Of a stretch of DNA of 64,000 nt, positions 63,292 to 64,000 are shown piece by piece. The stretch's first letter is position 1. Each line of letters begins with the position of its first letter. The DNA is from a virus. A model generated the notes under the pieces. That model had not been told where the DNA came from, made no database searches, and saw nothing but the letters and a program-made list of their open reading frames with translations. A program made the translations under genes and the position numbers. Where the stretch lies: positions 32,001-96,000 of IMG/VR virus record IMGVR_UViG_3300045988_153285; one strand, 5' to 3'.

Positions 63292-63636
63292 ATGATTAAG
63301 TTAAGTGAATTAAAAGATGATGAAATGTTAATTGTAGATATGGGGAGTTATGGCCATGTAATATCAAAAGAAGATTACTTAAATGAAATAGAAGAACATC
63401 GAGGAAACAAAGTATATACTTCAAATAAATATAAGGCTAGTATAGATGCATACGATATGCTTGAAAGTGCTATAGAACGTGAATATCAAAATATGTATGA
63501 AGATTGGGATATTGAAATAAGGCAAGATACAACCAAGGAAGATATAGAAGATATTCAGATTGTCTTAGATAGAATTTTAAGTAGAAGTGATAATATATCT
63601 TATACAGAAAAAGAACAAGTAGAAATTGATATGTAG
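63292..63636 (+). CDS. hypothetical protein
   Basis: AAGGAAGTG SD; 114 aa. Confidence 0.65.
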   Translation: MIKLSELKDDEMLIVDMGSYGHVISKEDYLNEIEEHRGNKVYTSNKYKASIDAYDMLESAIEREYQNMYEDWDIEIRQDTTKEDIEDIQIVLDRILSRSDNISYTEKEQVEIDM

Positions 63637-63644
63637 GTGATTGA

Positions 63645-63998
63645 ATGAGTAGAGAAATTAAATTTAGAGCATGGGATAAACATTATAAGAGGTTTAGAGA
63701 TATCGTATTGAATAGTCCTATAAGTGCATTAAACAACAATGAAATTGATGAGAGATTTGAATTAACTCAATACACAGGATTAAAAGATAAAAATGGGAAA
63801 GAAATATATGAAGGTGATATACTAAGGGTTTATGACGACTTCTTTAGAGATGGGTTAGACGATATGTATGGAGTCGTAAAGTTTGACAATGGTAGATTTT
63901 ATCTAAATACATTTAAGCCTTATTATAATGAAACTTGGATATACTTTGAAGTTGTGGGCAACATCTATGAAAATCCTGATTTATTGGAGGAGGAGTAA
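63645..63998 (+). CDS. YopX-family phage protein
   Basis: IKFRAWDK..LTQYTGLKDKNGKEIYEGDIL..GNIYENPDLL is the YopX pattern. Confidence 0.7.
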   Translation: MSREIKFRAWDKHYKRFRDIVLNSPISALNNNEIDERFELTQYTGLKDKNGKEIYEGDILRVYDDFFRDGLDDMYGVVKFDNGRFYLNTFKPYYNETWIYFEVVGNIYENPDLLEEE

Positions 63999-64000
63999 TT

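Noticed and set aside
1-64000. tRNA, rRNA and tmRNA genes
   Set aside because: I looked for T-loop-like GGTTCGAATCC-type elements and acceptor stems and for rRNA-like G+C-rich blocks. None were seen.
1-64000. cas1, cas2 or cas4 adaptation genes, or a second CRISPR array or solitary repeat elsewhere in the window
   Set aside because: No ORF shows Cas1, Cas2 or Cas4-like size and motif patterns. I noticed no further copy of the GTATTAATTATAATATGG repeat core outside 38128-38751. This is by-eye only and should be rechecked computationally.

Overview
This is a very AT-rich window coded almost entirely on the + strand. It reads like a Clostridium-type phage-plasmid (plasmid-prophage).

Main blocks, in order:
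- 1-5.3 kb: a membrane-protein plus FtsK/HerA/VirB4-like ATPase trio. It is followed by a theta-plasmid style replicon: a RepA-like initiator on the - strand, six iterons at about 22-bp spacing, and a consensus DnaA box.
- 5.3-15.6 kb: repeat-rich non-coding DNA, a second Rep/DnaD-like gene, a CoiA-like nuclease, a roughly 0.45-kb ORF-free candidate ncRNA, and many small ORFs.
- 15.6-22.5 kb: a maintenance and lysogeny block. It holds a MazF-like toxin, a helical-repeat protein followed by a 54-aa signal-peptide propeptide, a Bro-N/KilAC antirepressor, a tyrosine recombinase, a divergent XRE repressor, and an operon pairing a ParB/DGQHR-like protein with a degenerate recombinase-like protein.
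- 26.4-32 kb: five orphan DNA methyltransferases, two of them broken at homopolymer tracts, plus a sigma-70-family factor.
- 34.4-40.7 kb: a compact type I CRISPR-Cas interference module ordered cas5-cas6-cas8-cas7-[10-repeat array]-cas3. I could not recognise cas1, cas2 or cas4 anywhere in the window.
- 44.9-56.9 kb: a phage replication module with an SSB-like protein, an AAA ATPase, a DnaB-like helicase, a primase, a RecJ-like DHH protein, a family B polymerase and a RecD-like helicase.
- 56.9-64 kb: homing-endonuclease-type genes and small ORFs.

The strongest non-genic signal is an 17-18 nt motif, AATATAAATTAAYAAAAT. I located 33 same-strand copies, sitting either directly upstream of TTGACA-17-TATAAT promoters or directly upstream of Shine-Dalgarno (SD) sites.

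All functional calls come from motifs read by eye. No database search was possible.
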